Below, piece after piece: positions 24,728 through 38,166 of a DNA stretch of 64,000 nucleotides. The notes below the pieces were generated by a model. It was not told the origin of the DNA. It ran no database searches and was given only the letters and a program-made list of their open reading frames with translations. Source of the DNA: Podarcis pityusensis (Eukaryota); NCBI GenBank assembly GCA_964106645.2, contig OZ067047.1; one strand, given 5' to 3'. Position 1 is the first letter of the stretch. Each line of letters starts with the position of its first letter. The translations under genes were made by a program, and so were the position numbers.

Positions 24728-24766
24728 TATGTACATTAATAGTGTCTGTCCATCTATCTATTTCAG

Positions 24767-24986
24767 ACATGCAGTTTCAAAATTTGCACCAAGGCTCCAG
24801 AAATACGAATACAACGATGAAGAACCTCCTCAGTGGTTTGGTTATGATACCAAGGATGACACACCCATTCCAAAGAAACATAAAAAACCTCGGCCAAGCA
24901 TAGAACCAAGTATAGAGTCCAGTACACCCTCCATGTTATCCCCTTCAGCAGAAAAAAGTGTGGAATTCAGTCTCCCCCCACAATAG
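24767..24986 (+). CDS. FBXL13: FBXL13 terminal coding exon, HAVSKFAPRLQKYEYNDEEPPQWFGYD...SLPPQ-stop
   Basis: tttcag acceptor in phase 2; PPxWFGYD motif recognised as FBXL13-like; TAG at 24984-24986. Confidence 0.85.
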
Positions 24987-25173
24987 AACCTCCACAGAAT
25001 ACTGGTAATCATATATGTTTAATAGCCTTAAGCACAAAGAATTGAAATGGAAACTCAATTTTGTTTTGTTTAAGAAGATAATGATACATTGTCTTAAGAT
25101 TGTTTTTAGTTTGATAGCTAGTACAAGTCATCCTAGAAAACACTGTTACTGTCTTTCCTAATTAGTTCAGCCA

Positions 25174-25179
25174 AATAAA
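25174..25179 (+). terminator. Probable FBXL13 polyadenylation signal AATAAA
   Basis: AATAAA about 190 nt after the stop, followed by a T/GT-rich tract. Confidence 0.5.
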
Positions 25180-26369
25180 TGTTATTTTGTTCAGTTCTTC
25201 TTTGAACACCAGTCAACAAAGAGCTTAGTTTTCTCTACAAATAATTAACATAATTTGTGTACAGTTTAGTGCTATGTACATTTAAGAAAATTAAGTTCGT
25301 ATTTTTCTGGTTGTTGAAGACAGCATTCTGCCCCTTAGTAAGCTCAGAATTCTCCAGCTGTCATTCCAACTAAGGAGGCCTTAAAAAGAAAAAAAGGCGC
25401 AGCACAGCATTTTATGTATGGAGTATTAGGTGTATCTTGCATTGAGATAGTTTGTATGCCAATCAGTTTCACCCACACGTTACCTAAAATGCACTAGTGA
25501 AACACACATTCCTCAAATAATAAACATTCTTTATTGTTTACTTATTACATAGGTGTCCTGCCTTTCTTCAATAATGGAACCCAACATGGTAGTATTTCAC
25601 ATTCACTGACTAAAGGCAGAACTGCTTAGCTGTATCATGTGCCTTATGCCATGCAGCTTTGCAAATGATAGTCTTGCTTCACTCGTTCTGATACTACTGT
25701 TGTTTATGTGATTGTATCGTACAAAGCTTTTTAAAGCTATTTTGAGAGAATGGGGGGGGGGCTACAAAGTGATATATCAGTATTTTTAGTAAATAAATAA
25801 TTGAGGGAGTCGGTGCATGAGTGCAACAGACTATTGCTTGGGCAACTGAGCCTTCTTTTCCTCCTGTGAGCCACCAAAATCTGCTCTGGAGATTTAGGAG
25901 ACCCTCACAGCAGATTGGGAGCTGTTTGACTCACCCCCTCCAGATGACCGAGGCCATCCTTGTAGGCTGGCAAACGTGGGCCTTCATTCTTTCTGTCACT
26001 TGCAGAGGCCTCAGGAATGCTGATGGGTTACCACTGTGGGTGTGAGTGCACACTGGGGAGATCTGATCTAACGCCAACCGTCTGTCCTATGGGTGAGGAG
26101 AGGTGGTGATGACTCCCAAGGTCTGCTGGGAACACCTCTGGCCTCCACTGTGTTATTCTGGCTCTACTCAAACCTGCATTGAGTGGAGGCTTTCTTGCAC
26201 TGCATCGTCCTCAGTGACTTGCTATCCAATATTCCTATAAAAAGGTGGGGGACCAGTGTGGGGAGAGGCCTTGCTCCGCCATGGTGTCAGAAGCAGTGAG
26301 GGAGAGAACTGGGGCTAACCCCCTAGAAGAAAGGTGGAGGAAAGCAAAAAACAACAAAGGATTAAGCAT

Positions 26370-26375
26370 TTTAAT
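26370..26375 (-). terminator. Candidate FAM185A polyA signal ATTAAA (alternative AATAAA at 25530-25535)
   Basis: ATTAAA on the minus strand followed by a T/GT-rich tract. Confidence 0.4.
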
Positions 26376-26587
26376 CTTCAGGGTATTTGTTGAAAGTTTG
26401 GCTGCTTAAAGTGATCAATAAAAAAGTTAGGGGGGAAAGGTTGTTTCCATTGATTTCTGAGCATTTGAAGCCAAAGACACCAGAAACACTAAAACATGCC
26501 TCAGTGCATTTTATATGCAAACAATGGGCAAGATTTACAGTAATCTTTCTGCATTGTTTCTTGATTAAGTAAAGATTATTCACTCCA

Positions 26588-26703
26588 TCATGAGGCCTTC
26601 AGTTTCACAGACTGGAACCAGGTTTGACTTTTGAGATGAACTGTGCCATTTTCTGTCTCTGCTTTAATATATTTTCCTTGTTTATCCTGTTGATTCATAT
26701 GGC
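26588..26703 (-). CDS. FAM185A: FAM185A terminal coding exon, GHMNQQDKQGKYIKAETENGTVHLKSQTWFQSVKLKAS-stop
   Basis: atttag acceptor; WFQS-x-KL C-terminus; total CDS 1200 nt = 399 aa plus stop. Confidence 0.9.
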
Positions 26704-27015
26704 CTAAATGGACAAAAGAAAAATTATGGTAGTTAATTTCACAAATTGATTCTGGGACCTTTTTCCAAGCAGATTCATTTTTACCTTCATGGAAATTTTT
26801 ACTGGAATAAATCATGTCCTGCGGCTTGGTTTCTTCCTTGACATCATACGATGACTCATCGCAGCAAAGCCCCAGCAGAATAGATTTGGGGAAGAATAAT
26901 GTGTCTTTGCATTATGTTGATTTTAAATCAAGCCTACTGATAGTCCATGATTATAGAAACATGTTTTCCCAATGCAAACCCTGTGGGTGCAGAAAGCTAG
27001 CTCTTAAATTCAGGT

Positions 27016-27817
27016 TGTGATTCGAGGACCCGATCCCTGCTTGGGGAATAAAGACATGTGGACACAGAATGTAAGGTTAATGGGTAAGGTAAAGGCCACA
27101 ACTTTATTGATTACAGCATGTGAGAAGGTATTGGCTTAGGCATTAGACCACGGAACATTAGACTCCACCCACTTGTAGAGGGGTGAATCTGAGGAGGGGT
27201 TAACCACCAGTAGGGGAAGCCTGTTGATGCTAATCCAACTATAGGCTCTCTTCCTGATGTCACCGAGGGTCGTGCCATGGCCCCCCGCCACACGGGCATC
27301 GGACAGGATCCACGACCGCCGGATTCCTTTAGCGGAATACCCAAAATTGTCGGCGAAGGCGATGGCCACACCTTGCTCCCCGAAACACCAACAACACATT
27401 CCAATGCCTAACCGCCAAATACCACGAAAGTTGTGACGGTTGCTACGAGGTAGGCGAAAAAAAACCAAGAGGCTGGGCCAGTTTAGCCAATTGGAAAAAA
27501 CTCCTACCAGGCCCCCTGGTTAAACAGGGCGACCAACCAGAGGTCCATAGCAAAGTCTCAGGAACAGCTAATCTAAAGGGAGTGGAGGGTGGGTGACTCG
27601 AAGAAAATGTGTGTGCAATGGTGGGGATGGCTGGCGCGGCTGCGTTTGAGCAGCAAGCCACGCCCCCGCCGAGCTTCCCTATTGGGTGCCCAACCAGGGA
27701 GGGGCGTGGCACCAGCCCTGGAGTTGAGGCAGGGGGCGGAGCGCCCCCTGCATGACGCGGGAATTGTCTCCCGCTCACAACCCCTCCCCTCCTGGGAGGA
27801 GGAAAGGCTTTGTCACA
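27016..27817 (-). mobile_element. Probable solo LTR (~800 bp, ERV- or Gypsy-like)
   Basis: TGTGA...TCACA termini; CpG-rich interior; minus-strand AATAAA at 27103-27108 near the end; no clean TSD. Confidence 0.55.
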
Positions 27818-30800
27818 ATTCCTAGTTTGGGACTCAGTCTCTGTTGCTGGCCATAAGCTGAGTACAGCTGTAGCAGGCTGAATGAATCACTTTCTTGCCA
27901 CTCCATGCAAACTAGAATCCATGGACTTCTATGCTTTAATCTTATCTTCCAAGGCTAAGCTATGCTCCAAAATCTATTTTCAGCCTCTGGATTTAGAAAA
28001 CAAAGCAGAACTGTATTCCAGAGGTAACCTGGGTAAGCCTCCAAAAGATGAAAATGAACGAGTAGCTAAGTTGGAAGGATATTATGTGCATAAAACAATT
28101 TAGCGCCTTTGTTTGAACTCAAATGATTTATGGGAAAGCATTTAGTTTAGGCATCTGTTCCTTCCCCTAAGAATATTCTGTTGAAATTAGTCATATCTCA
28201 TAAGTGCAAACTACAGTGGACTGTCCTTGGAGGAAGTAAAAGTTAGCATACCACTCACAGGAAAAATGGCCAAAATTATTTACTTAAGTCAGAAAATGTA
28301 CAACTAAAAACAGTATAAGGAGGCCTACTGTATTTGAAGCAATACCGATCTTTTTCCTGATGGATTTAAGGTTTTCTCTGCCACTATATAAACCAGGTGC
28401 CAGTGACAGAGTCTCATAGTGTACAGAACACTTCTCAAACTCATGACTGTTCGTTTTATTTTTACACCTGAAGGTCTATTTCCTCTTTAAAATTCAGCAC
28501 AATTTATGTACTCAGGACCTGGCTCTCTCCATCCAAAACACACGGTAAATGAAAAACGCATAGCTTTCTAGAAAGGCCTTCTTTCAGCTGTGGCTGTTTA
28601 GCATCTACACTTGAGTTATTAGATTCTCCGTGTTTTGGAGTCACTTCAAGAATTTAATCCACAAGTGAAAAGGCAACAGGCTCTGGTGAAGACTGAAACC
28701 CTTCTTAAGTGGTAACGTATTATTGCCTCCTTTATGTTACATTAATACCACATCATTTTTTATGCTGGGTTCAGAGTTCAGAGCGCCATTAATTTGCGGA
28801 GGAGAGCAAGAAGAAGACAGGAAAGTGCACAGGGACTCTACTGAGCTCCAATGACAATCCCTCTGTGGTGGTGCAGGATCATGCTCCAGGTCAGGAGTAG
28901 TGGTAGCCTCCAGATGAGCTGAACTACAACTCCCATGATGCATCTCCATTTGCCGTGTTAGCTGTTGCTGATGGGATCGGGAGTCCAATAACATCTGGAA
29001 GGCACCCACATTGGCTGGTCCTACCCCAAGTATAAATGTGTAAAGCGATCTAGCGCATGTGAGACCTCTGAAGAAGTTGAGCTACTATTACATACACATT
29101 TCAAGCGCCGTTACCCTTCAAGAGCACTAGAATCCTGGTGATACCAAAACCAACATCTGGACCCCTTATTCAGTCTTCTGAATGACTGCCAGTCATCTAT
29201 GCTATAAGCACACAGTTGCCATATTTTGTATCTCTGTGTCCCGTAGTGCCAAATTTTGTGCTAGATACGGCACTAAGGCTGGCACCAGACATATAATGGG
29301 TGAATATAAATCACCAGCTTATGAAGTGGTTAATGTGTGAAAGTTTGCTTACTTCTTAAATGTGTGCTATCAGGTGTGGCAAAGTGCATCCATACAGACC
29401 ACTGTGGCCAGATTATTTCTATTCTGATGTTGTTGCTTCACTCCTAGTCACTCGGCTGTTACTGAAGGAAGACCTCTTCCTCAATACACTCAATACACTT
29501 TTATTTTGCTTTGTCATTTGGAGAAATAAATGATTCATCTGTTCTCACAGTCTTAAAAGTTTATTCAAAGAAGTCTATAAAACATTTTCTGCTTTCTTTG
29601 AATTTATTCTCTTTTTCTTAGGAAAAACATTTGCCTGTTTCAAAAAGTGCCTTTAGGTCTTTGATGCCATTAAGATCTATAATGCTCACACCTCACCTAG
29701 CCCCCTCATCTCCAAGGTATGGCTACATTTTCTCAATAATAATTTTTAAAACCCTAAAGCACACTACAGTAATCTGACCAACATGGTACCCTCCTATCAC
29801 TGTGAGCTGGAACAAGACTCCACACTTTTCTCTCTCTCTATTTCTGCCCAGTGTATTCAAACAGTAAATGACCATCTTAGTATGGAATAAAAATCATGAA
29901 TGTTATATATTAAAATACCTTATTAAAAGGCCTTATCACCTGATAAACCACCCAGCCTTTAGCATGCATTAGAATTCACACCGCGGTGGGTTGTGTGTGG
30001 AAATCTCACCATGCTTTGATCAATACTGATGGCCAAAAAATCCCAGGGTTGGAAAACATTCCCACTGCAATGGGTCTGCAAAATGCCTGAAACAGGTACA
30101 GAAGATCATACTATGGGATGTTTATACAACTAGTGGAGTTTAAAGGTCCATTTCTAACACGATTAAAATGTGAGTCATTTTGTAAAACAAACTATTTAAC
30201 AATATGGCTGCTGCATGCTTGCTGGGTTCCGTTGATAGACTGGCTAGACTCTCCATCTTTGAAAATGCCTTGGCTCACCTCCTGTTTTCTTTGGAATATA
30301 TGAGCAGGGTGCTAAATATAGATGGGGGAATCTATTTTTTTAATTTGCAGTTACTACAGCACTGAGATTTATAGGGGGAGCATTAAAAACGTAAATGGCT
30401 CCTTTGCTTGTTCTGCCCACTCCAAATGTAGCTGCCAAGCTTGTAATTTACACAGCCTGACTCCATATTAATAAATGGAGTCTAAGATATACAGCATCTT
30501 TGCCCCAGATCTTTTGGGGGAAAGAATGCCCTGGCTAGCTTCTTGCAGTTGCGTCTGGGAAGCCTCTTTGCTCAACTGTCCTAAGGGTCTTCTCCTGCGG
30601 CTGGTTTATTTTTACGTTTGCTACATTCATTTTCCAAAACAAAGTTTTTCTTTGTTGATATGAAGGCTACAGAATACTTAGCTGCACTTCAGGGCCATCC
30701 TTCCAAAACCAAGAGAAGGCAAAGTTGCTCCCTTGCTCTTAACAGGGACATTCCTTCTCAGTGACACAAAGGGTCGAGATATTTTAATCATCACAACTTG

Positions 30801-33107
30801 TGCAAATATAATGGGCTTCATGAGAAACACCAGAGGTGGAGAACTCACTCCACGACCCTTTAAATGAAATTGTGAGGAAAATCCCACAGGAGCTTGTTTT
30901 AATATGGAAGCAAAATTACTTGGCTGGAAAACACTACATATAGAAGTTAAAGGCTGGTGGGAAATAGCTAAGTCATGTAAAAGCTGCTGAAGACTTGCCT
31001 TGACATAAACATGTCTTTTCTTTTATTCAATTAGATAAATATATCAAATGTATTAAGTGATCAACCATTTGATCCAACAAGTTAATAATACAATGAGAAT
31101 GATGTCAACATTGGCTAAAATATTAAAATGCTCTCTCTATAGACCACTTCATATGCAACTCTAAGTCATAGTTCAGTGCTGTGTAAACAACCCACGGGCT
31201 CCCACACTTCCCCATTCCCTTTCACCTGCCACAGGAGACTGAAAGCTACCACTTCCAGTTTTAAATTAACCAAAGTTCCCTGTTGCATCTGAATGCAGCG
31301 AATGCTGGATAGCTTCAACTGTTGTCCATTCAAAGAAAGAGAGATCAATCGTGGTTTATATTCCTGGCTTGCTCACTAAATATAGTGAAGGATGGAGAAG
31401 AATTAATTAAATTAAATTAAATTAAAATTAATTTAAAATCCAGCAGATCCTTGGCTGCTACCCCCATTGTTTCACCCTGTTTTGGGGCCTCCAGTAGTTT
31501 CACAGAAGACAACTGTTTCACATAGTTCACAGTTTGTAGTATTCCACTGAGTACGGGTCACTGACTCAGTCTCCAACTGGTGAGCCACTAAAATGTTTTC
31601 CCTACAAAGTTCTGCAAGTTTTATTTTTTACTTCAGTTCTCCTTCCCACATACTGGGATTATCTTGCGTTGTTAAGAAGAGCATGGCTTGCTTCTGAACC
31701 AACGAAGCAATCAAATTTGTGTTTCGATGAAAAGTTACAAACATGGGCATGCAATTATTACATCTATTCTAACCTGCAGCAGAGAAAAGCCTGAACAAGA
31801 ACAAAATTAGTTTCAATCTCTTCCATCAACCTAAGTGGCTTCTTAAATAAGAAGGTCTTTGATAGACTAGGATAGAGAGGCAATGATGTAAGAAGAAAAC
31901 CGGCCAGGTGGACTTCCCTAACATTGATTCTTCATCAGGTATCCTTTCTGACTCTCCTATGACCTTGCCTGAGCTCAGATAATTGTGTATTGGGCTGTGT
32001 CTGTGTATATTTGTGTCATCAAAGGCTGTTTAGATTAGAGGAACAAAACACAAGTGCGTAGCTTGGAAGTGCAGTTTGGAGCAGCCTCCTCAGTTATGCT
32101 TTGACTGTCCAAGCAAAACTGGTGCCAGCCCTTGGATATATAAAGGCCCTTGATGTGGTCCATGGATATGACGAAGCAAAACCCAAACGAGCGTTCTTGA
32201 CTCAATGGTAACAAATCACTCTTTCCTGCAGTTTGCCAGGGAACAAGTTATTGGACTGCTAACAAAAGGAAATAACCTATACCAGTAATCTAAAGGAAAA
32301 AAAACCAGAGTATCAAAGGGATGTTTGTCCCTAGGACTTGAAAGCTGTACTGAAGGTGTATTATTTTATTATGTTTGACTGAAAATAACTTAGGTTTATA
32401 AAAGTAAATCAACCTTCCATGTCTCCCATGTATTCTTCGCCTATAGCAAGCAAGGCAAACTTTGGATTTATGCTAGCATTCCTTTTGTTTCTAAAGTGCT
32501 ACATCAGCAAAGGGTATTGAGAAACACAGTAATTACATCTGGCAAGTCTAAACCAGAACTTATCTATTCTTTCCTTCTTCCCGGCAGAAAAAAATCAATC
32601 ACCCCCAAGATACACATCATTTGAGCCATTCTCCAAGGAGCCGCTTATTTGTGAAGCAAGCTCTTACTTCAGAAGACTAAAATAGAGACAATGTGCAGCT
32701 CTCGGTGAGAATTTTCCATTTAGCAAAGTAGGGTAGCTCCCCCTCCCCCACCACTGAATCTCATGATGTTTTGTGCAGTTCAAGCATGAATTTATGCTCT
32801 CTGTACTTAGAATTGTCCATCACAGCCCCAGTGCAGATATCCCATGACTAAAAGCTCTAGAGTGGACAACAAGATTGCTTCTCCCCACCACATCCCTCCT
32901 CCTAGGTTAACCCCACTTAAGCATTGCCTAGGCACTGGCATTAACTACAGTTTAGGCTAAAAATGATGGGGAGAAATCTGATACAAACATAATTTGCACC
33001 CATGCAAAGGGTTGCAAACCTGACTGCATACACTTAATTAACAAGTAATTTGATTCATACCTAAAAGCAAAGTTTTATGGTGAGAGTGTCTACAAGACAA
33101 GACTCAC

Positions 33108-33242
33108 CTGTAACTGTTATGCGGTCCTCCCTGGAGGCATTCTGAGTCTCCTGTAACTGGATCTCTGGGCTCACCTCAACCTTGCTCCCAGATAACTGCA
33201 GATAAGCTTGAAGAGTTGCAGGTACCTTGACAGTAATGGAGC
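33108..33242 (-). CDS. FAM185A: FAM185A exon, GSITVKVPATLQAYLQLSGSKVEVSPEIQLQETQNASREDRITVT
   Basis: aatag acceptor and gtgagt donor; 135 nt, phase 1 to 1. Confidence 0.9.
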
Positions 33243-33552
33243 CTATTATACACAAGAACAAAAGGATTTGTGTTAAGACAATTCAAGGTGACAGGCATAA
33301 GCCACTTTGGGTCAGAGAACCCCCCCCCCCAAAAATTTAAACAGAGTTCCATGAGAAAAGTGGGCTTCCTGTTTTTACCCAGCAAAAGGAAATCAATATG
33401 GCAGCTCCAGATCTTTTAGACTCCAGAGCCCATCTTCCCCAGCCAGTATAGGCAATGGTCAGGGACGATGGAAGCTAGAGTCCACAACATCTGGAGGGCA
33501 GAATTGGATGCCCCTGTTCCAAAGTAATGTGCTGGCTGCTTTCATCAACATA

Positions 33553-33794
33553 CAGTGGTACCTCAGGTTACATACGCTTCAGGTTACATACGCTTCAGGT
33601 TACGGACTCTGCTAACCCAGAAATAGTGCTTCAGGTTAAGAACTTTGCTTCAGGGTGAGAACAGAAATCGTGCTCCGGCGGCGTGGCAGCAGCAGGAGGC
33701 CCCATTAGCTAAAGTGGTGCTTCAGGTTAAGAACAGTTTCAGGTTAAGGACAGACCTCCAGAACGAATTAAGTACTTAACTCGAGGTACCACTG
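33553..33794. mobile_element. Tc1/mariner MITE, family A
   Basis: TIR CAGTGGTACCTC; TA TSD. Confidence 0.88.
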
Positions 33795-34707
33795 TATTAG
33801 TATGCTGCCTTTCCATAGTTAAAACCATGCTCAAGGCGGCTTACAACATGAAAATCTTTATGTAATTACCAACAAAACGAAAGTAGCCATAAGAAATAAA
33901 ACACATCAAAAACTACATGAACCATTTCCACACAAATCATAACATCTAAAAATTAAAGGTGCAAATATAATTAATAGCAACAATAGCAACAAGACCCCCT
34001 AAGCAATCCCCTGCCCAAGAGTCTGTTCAACATTCTCAGCTTTCATAGCTGGAGTCAGTCATGGCTCCTCCCTCCCAGGCCAGGTGGGAAACGGCCTGCA
34101 AGGCAATGAGCAGGTCCCCCAGGACTCACAGCGAAGATGCTGCCGGGCCTCTTCAGCAGCCTCAGCTTTTGTAGCTGGAGTCAGGCAAGCAGGCGGGCAG
34201 CGCTCCACCCTCCTGGGCCAGGTGGAAAGTGGCTACTAAAGCAGGGATCAGATCTTCCAGGACTCACAGCCCATATTGGACAACAAATCTTGACTCTATA
34301 CTGTTTGTGTGTGCGAAGTCTGGATGTTGCAGAGAACACCTAAGAAGTTATTAGGATGATGATCCTCATGCCACCTCTGCTTTTTCTTGTTGGAAAGGGT
34401 TACTCTCTTCATACTTTATCGGGAAGCCCTGATTGACCTCTACAGTTTGAGAGGGAGGTTAACTTCATTTCTGCCATAGTAATTTAAGTGACTCACTCAG
34501 CACAAATGTAAGAAAGAACGAGAGGGAGCAGAAATCATATTTTCCACAGAGTTGAAGTGCAAATTTCAAGAACTTTGCATATTGGTTATTTACACGTAAT
34601 GCTACATTTAGTTTGGCCCCAAATCCCATTGAAATCAGAAGAACCTGCTGTTGAGTAAAAGTGCTTCAGCTGTAAAAGCTTCACATACAAAATTACTATT
34701 TACTAAC

Positions 34708-34806
34708 CTTCCTGAGATTTCAGATCCACTTCCCCCTTTTGATTGATAATGTAAACATCTATCTCCCCATGATGTGTAGAAGCTTTCAGGAATCCTTCAG
34801 AGGAAT
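34708..34806 (-). CDS. FAM185A: FAM185A exon, DSSEGFLKASTHHGEIDVYIINQKGEVDLKSQE
   Basis: cttcag acceptor and gttagt donor; 99 nt, phase 1 to 1. Confidence 0.9.
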
Positions 34807-35889
34807 CTGAAGAACAAAAGAATGAAAATATTTTGAGCCGTGTGGGTTCCAATGAAATAGTATGTATATTTTGTGAGTCCCATATTAAAAGGCTGTTTCT
34901 GAAATGTTTGCTCCTAGGGCGAAAGCAGTGCCGTGGAGTTTTTGTGGGGGAAGAGAGAAGAAGGGACACAATGTTCTCTCTATATTTAAACTTTAATAGA
35001 TAGTTTGAGACTCACTGAACATCTACATAGAAAGAACATCTGCAGTTGTTCAGAGATGGTAACATAGCTTAGTTCTTCTCAAAATGTTCATGATAACCAC
35101 GTAGATATTTTTCACCAGACATTTTCATTTTTCCTCCTCTAGGTTCACCAAAAGCAAAATGATGCATGGATGATTCTAAAAGGAGCATGTTTTCAAAGGG
35201 TACAAAGATAACAAACCTAACATTGTTTTCTAAACTGTCTCTGCATGCTATCCAGGCTTTTGATGAATGTTTCCCCCTACATACATACACTGAAAGAAAA
35301 GCTTGCATTTAAAAGTTGTTCCAAAGCTATTTTGCACAAACTCTAGGGAACAAAGGTTGCTTGTTATTTTTTGTAAAAAAAATCAAACCCTATATTAAGA
35401 GAGTTTCAGAATACATCTGAAGCTGAACCCAGAAGCTAAACAACAGGAAATGCTCTAAAAATCTTTGCAGATTATGGCTGAATTGCCAGTATTTTCCCCC
35501 AACATGTACTTATTTTATCCAAAGGATTTATTAACAAGGAACAGAAAACGTCATGGCGGTTTGAAAGCTAAATCTCAGAGATAACCAGGCAACTAGACAA
35601 AAAAAGAAAGAGCTATTTGAAAGAGTTTTTTAACTAGTGGAAACCAAAAGCTTGATTCAGGCTTTGTTCCTCAGGTTTCCAGGGTTTGTCCTGTAGCAAT
35701 GATAAATGTATTTAACTTGTTCATAGTTTTTCTTTTAACAAAGCTCTTGGGCCATGTATGTGACAGATCACCCCTCCCAGAAAAAGAGCAAGAATGTGCT
35801 ATTATAGCCTGTGTTTGCTACACACACATCAATGTGGACCCCAATCCAGGTGCACATGGAGGAAACTGATCCGAGCAGAGTTTAGGCTC

Positions 35890-36810
35890 AGTTTTTGGCA
35901 CAGAAACTGCCCTGGTTGCCTCAGAAGAGAGACATGAGCAATGTGTCCCTGCTAATCCTTCTTGACCTCTCAGTGGTTTGAGATACCATCGGCCATGATA
36001 TCCTTCTGGAACGGCTATCCAAGTTGGGAGTGGGCTTTGTGGTGGTTCTGATCCTACTTGGATAGTCATTTCCAGGGTGATGCTTGGGGTTCCTCAGGGT
36101 TCAATATTATCCCCCATGCTGCTTAACATCTACTTGAAACCACTGAGTGGGGTCATCCAGAGTTTTGGAGTGCGCTGTTATCAGCCATATGCTGATGGGA
36201 CACAGCTCTATTTCTCCTTTACATCTGCAGGTATGGCGGTTGGCAATTGTGCCAGACCGTTGTCTTGCCTCCGTAATGAAATGGATGAGAGCCAACAAAC
36301 TGAAGCTCAACCCAGATAAAACTGAGGCACTGTTAGTGGGTAGTTTGCTTGAACAGATGGATGGGAGGTGGCCTGCTCTTGATGGGGTAACACTCCCTCT
36401 GAAGGAGCAGGTATGCAGCTTGGGGGGTACTCCTGGATCCATTGCTGTCACTTGAGCCTCAGGTGGCTTTGGTGGCGCAGAATGCCTTCAACCAGCTTCA
36501 GCTACTGTTCTCTATGCTCTGGCAACCTCTAGGCTAGATTACTGCAACATGTTATATGTGGGGCTGCTTTTGAATATGTTTCAGAAACTTAGTGGCCAGG
36601 CTGCTCACTGAGGCAAGATGGTTTGAACATGTAGCACCAATCCTGGCTCAACTGCACCGGCTGCTAAGCAGTTCTTGGGCCCAATTCAAAGTGTTGGCTG
36701 TAAAGCTTTAAATGGCTTTACATACCTCAAGGACTGCCTTTCCCTATATGAACTGAGCTAGACCCTGTGATCACCATTTGAGGCCTTTCTTTGCATGCCG
36801 CCTGCATAAA
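35890..36810 (+). mobile_element. Degenerate L2 LINE ORF2 (RT) fragment
   Basis: GVPQGSILSPMLLNIY, YAD(G)TQLY and WMRANKLKLNPDKTE motifs interrupted by frameshifts. Confidence 0.8.
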
Positions 36811-37362
36811 GGGAGATATATAAATTGAATGAACACCACCACCACTGTGCCCCCCCCAGTGACCACTTTTGTCATGATGATCTCTCATCATGTCTATCAC
36901 TTGGTCTTTGAGAACAATTTGTTCTTGCAATTAGGCTTGAAAGCTCGCTGCACCAAACATTCCATTTTTTATTCCCAACCAACTTTTGCGGCAATCATTT
37001 CTTCAGAAAACGCTACCACTGTAGAAGCCGGCAACGGATGTTTGGACTGTATCACTGCACCGGCCATTTCAGAGTAGGATCCTGGCCTTGTATGTCCACT
37101 GTTAAGAAGTACCCCTAAAATCCAGCTTTTGCTAGAATTACAGGAGCCTGCACCTAAGAAGGGAAGTTCTGTTTTGACCTGCAGAGGCAAGGAAAGACCC
37201 TCCATTACTAGCAACTCAGGTAAGGTATGTTCAAGCAAGCACCTCTTGCATAATCCACTAATTGCCACCTCTTTTCACTGTAAATCTTTGCCATGTCAAA
37301 AGTAAACAAAAGAGCATCAGACTCCTTCTGGAAGCATTAAGCCAACATGTGATCACCCAATG

Positions 37363-37722
37363 TGTCACTCCTTGCTTCTTCCCTAAATGGCTAATGAAGA
37401 AGTTACAGGAGGCAGAGATGAGGCAGGCTGCTGAAGAATCCAGGGAGTCTCTGCCTCTTGCTGCAACCAGCTCCCCTCCCCCTGGTCTCCCAGAACACGC
37501 AGAGAAATGAAGAGGGAGGCACAACAAGAGGCAAGATGATGAAGCCTCAGGGTACTGGGGAAGGAGAGCGGTGGGAAGGCAGGGACCTCCAGTCCTTGCA
37601 ACTGCCTTGTTGGCAGAGTTGCTGGGATCACTATGACTGAGCTGTTTTGTTCTTTGAATAAAGAGTTAACTTCACTGCCATTGGGTGCTTGATTGTTTTA
37701 TCGCTGACTCCAGCTCCTGACA
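37363..37722 (+). mobile_element. Probable Gypsy-type solo LTR (360 bp)
   Basis: TGTCA...TGACA termini; flanks CAATG/CCATG (4/5 TSD); AATAAA at 37657-37662. Confidence 0.6.
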
Positions 37723-37949
37723 CCATGCAAACTCCCTTCCACCTCCGACATCTTGCCCTTTTCTCTCTAAAGCGAGTGGTCCAAGCCTCCTTGTTTTACC
37801 ACCTTTACCCCTTCAGCCAACATTTGTCACTCTCTCATTGCCCTGCCCAGTTTTACTGCATCCTAGTTCTTCCATGTGTTTTCAGGCATGCTTTAGAACC
37901 GCGAGCTCAGATAATTAGTTTTAACTTGCTTATTCACTGTAAGCTCTTT

Positions 37950-38166
37950 TGGCTTCAAGTTACAAACATCAGGAAGAACTTTCTGAAAGTAAGAACTGTT
38001 CAACAGTGGAACAGACTTCCTTGGAGTAGTGGACTCTCCTTCCTTGGAGGTTTCTAAGCAGAGGTTGGATGGTCATCTGTCATGGATGCTTTAGGTGAGA
38101 TTCTTGCATTGAAAGAGTTTGAACTAGATGTCCCTTGAGGTCCCTTCCAACTCTACAATTCTATGA
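37950..38166 (+). mobile_element. CR1 LINE 3' end
   Basis: RKNFLKVRTVQQWNRLP; terminus GGTCCCTTCCAACTCTACAATTCTATGA. Confidence 0.8.
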
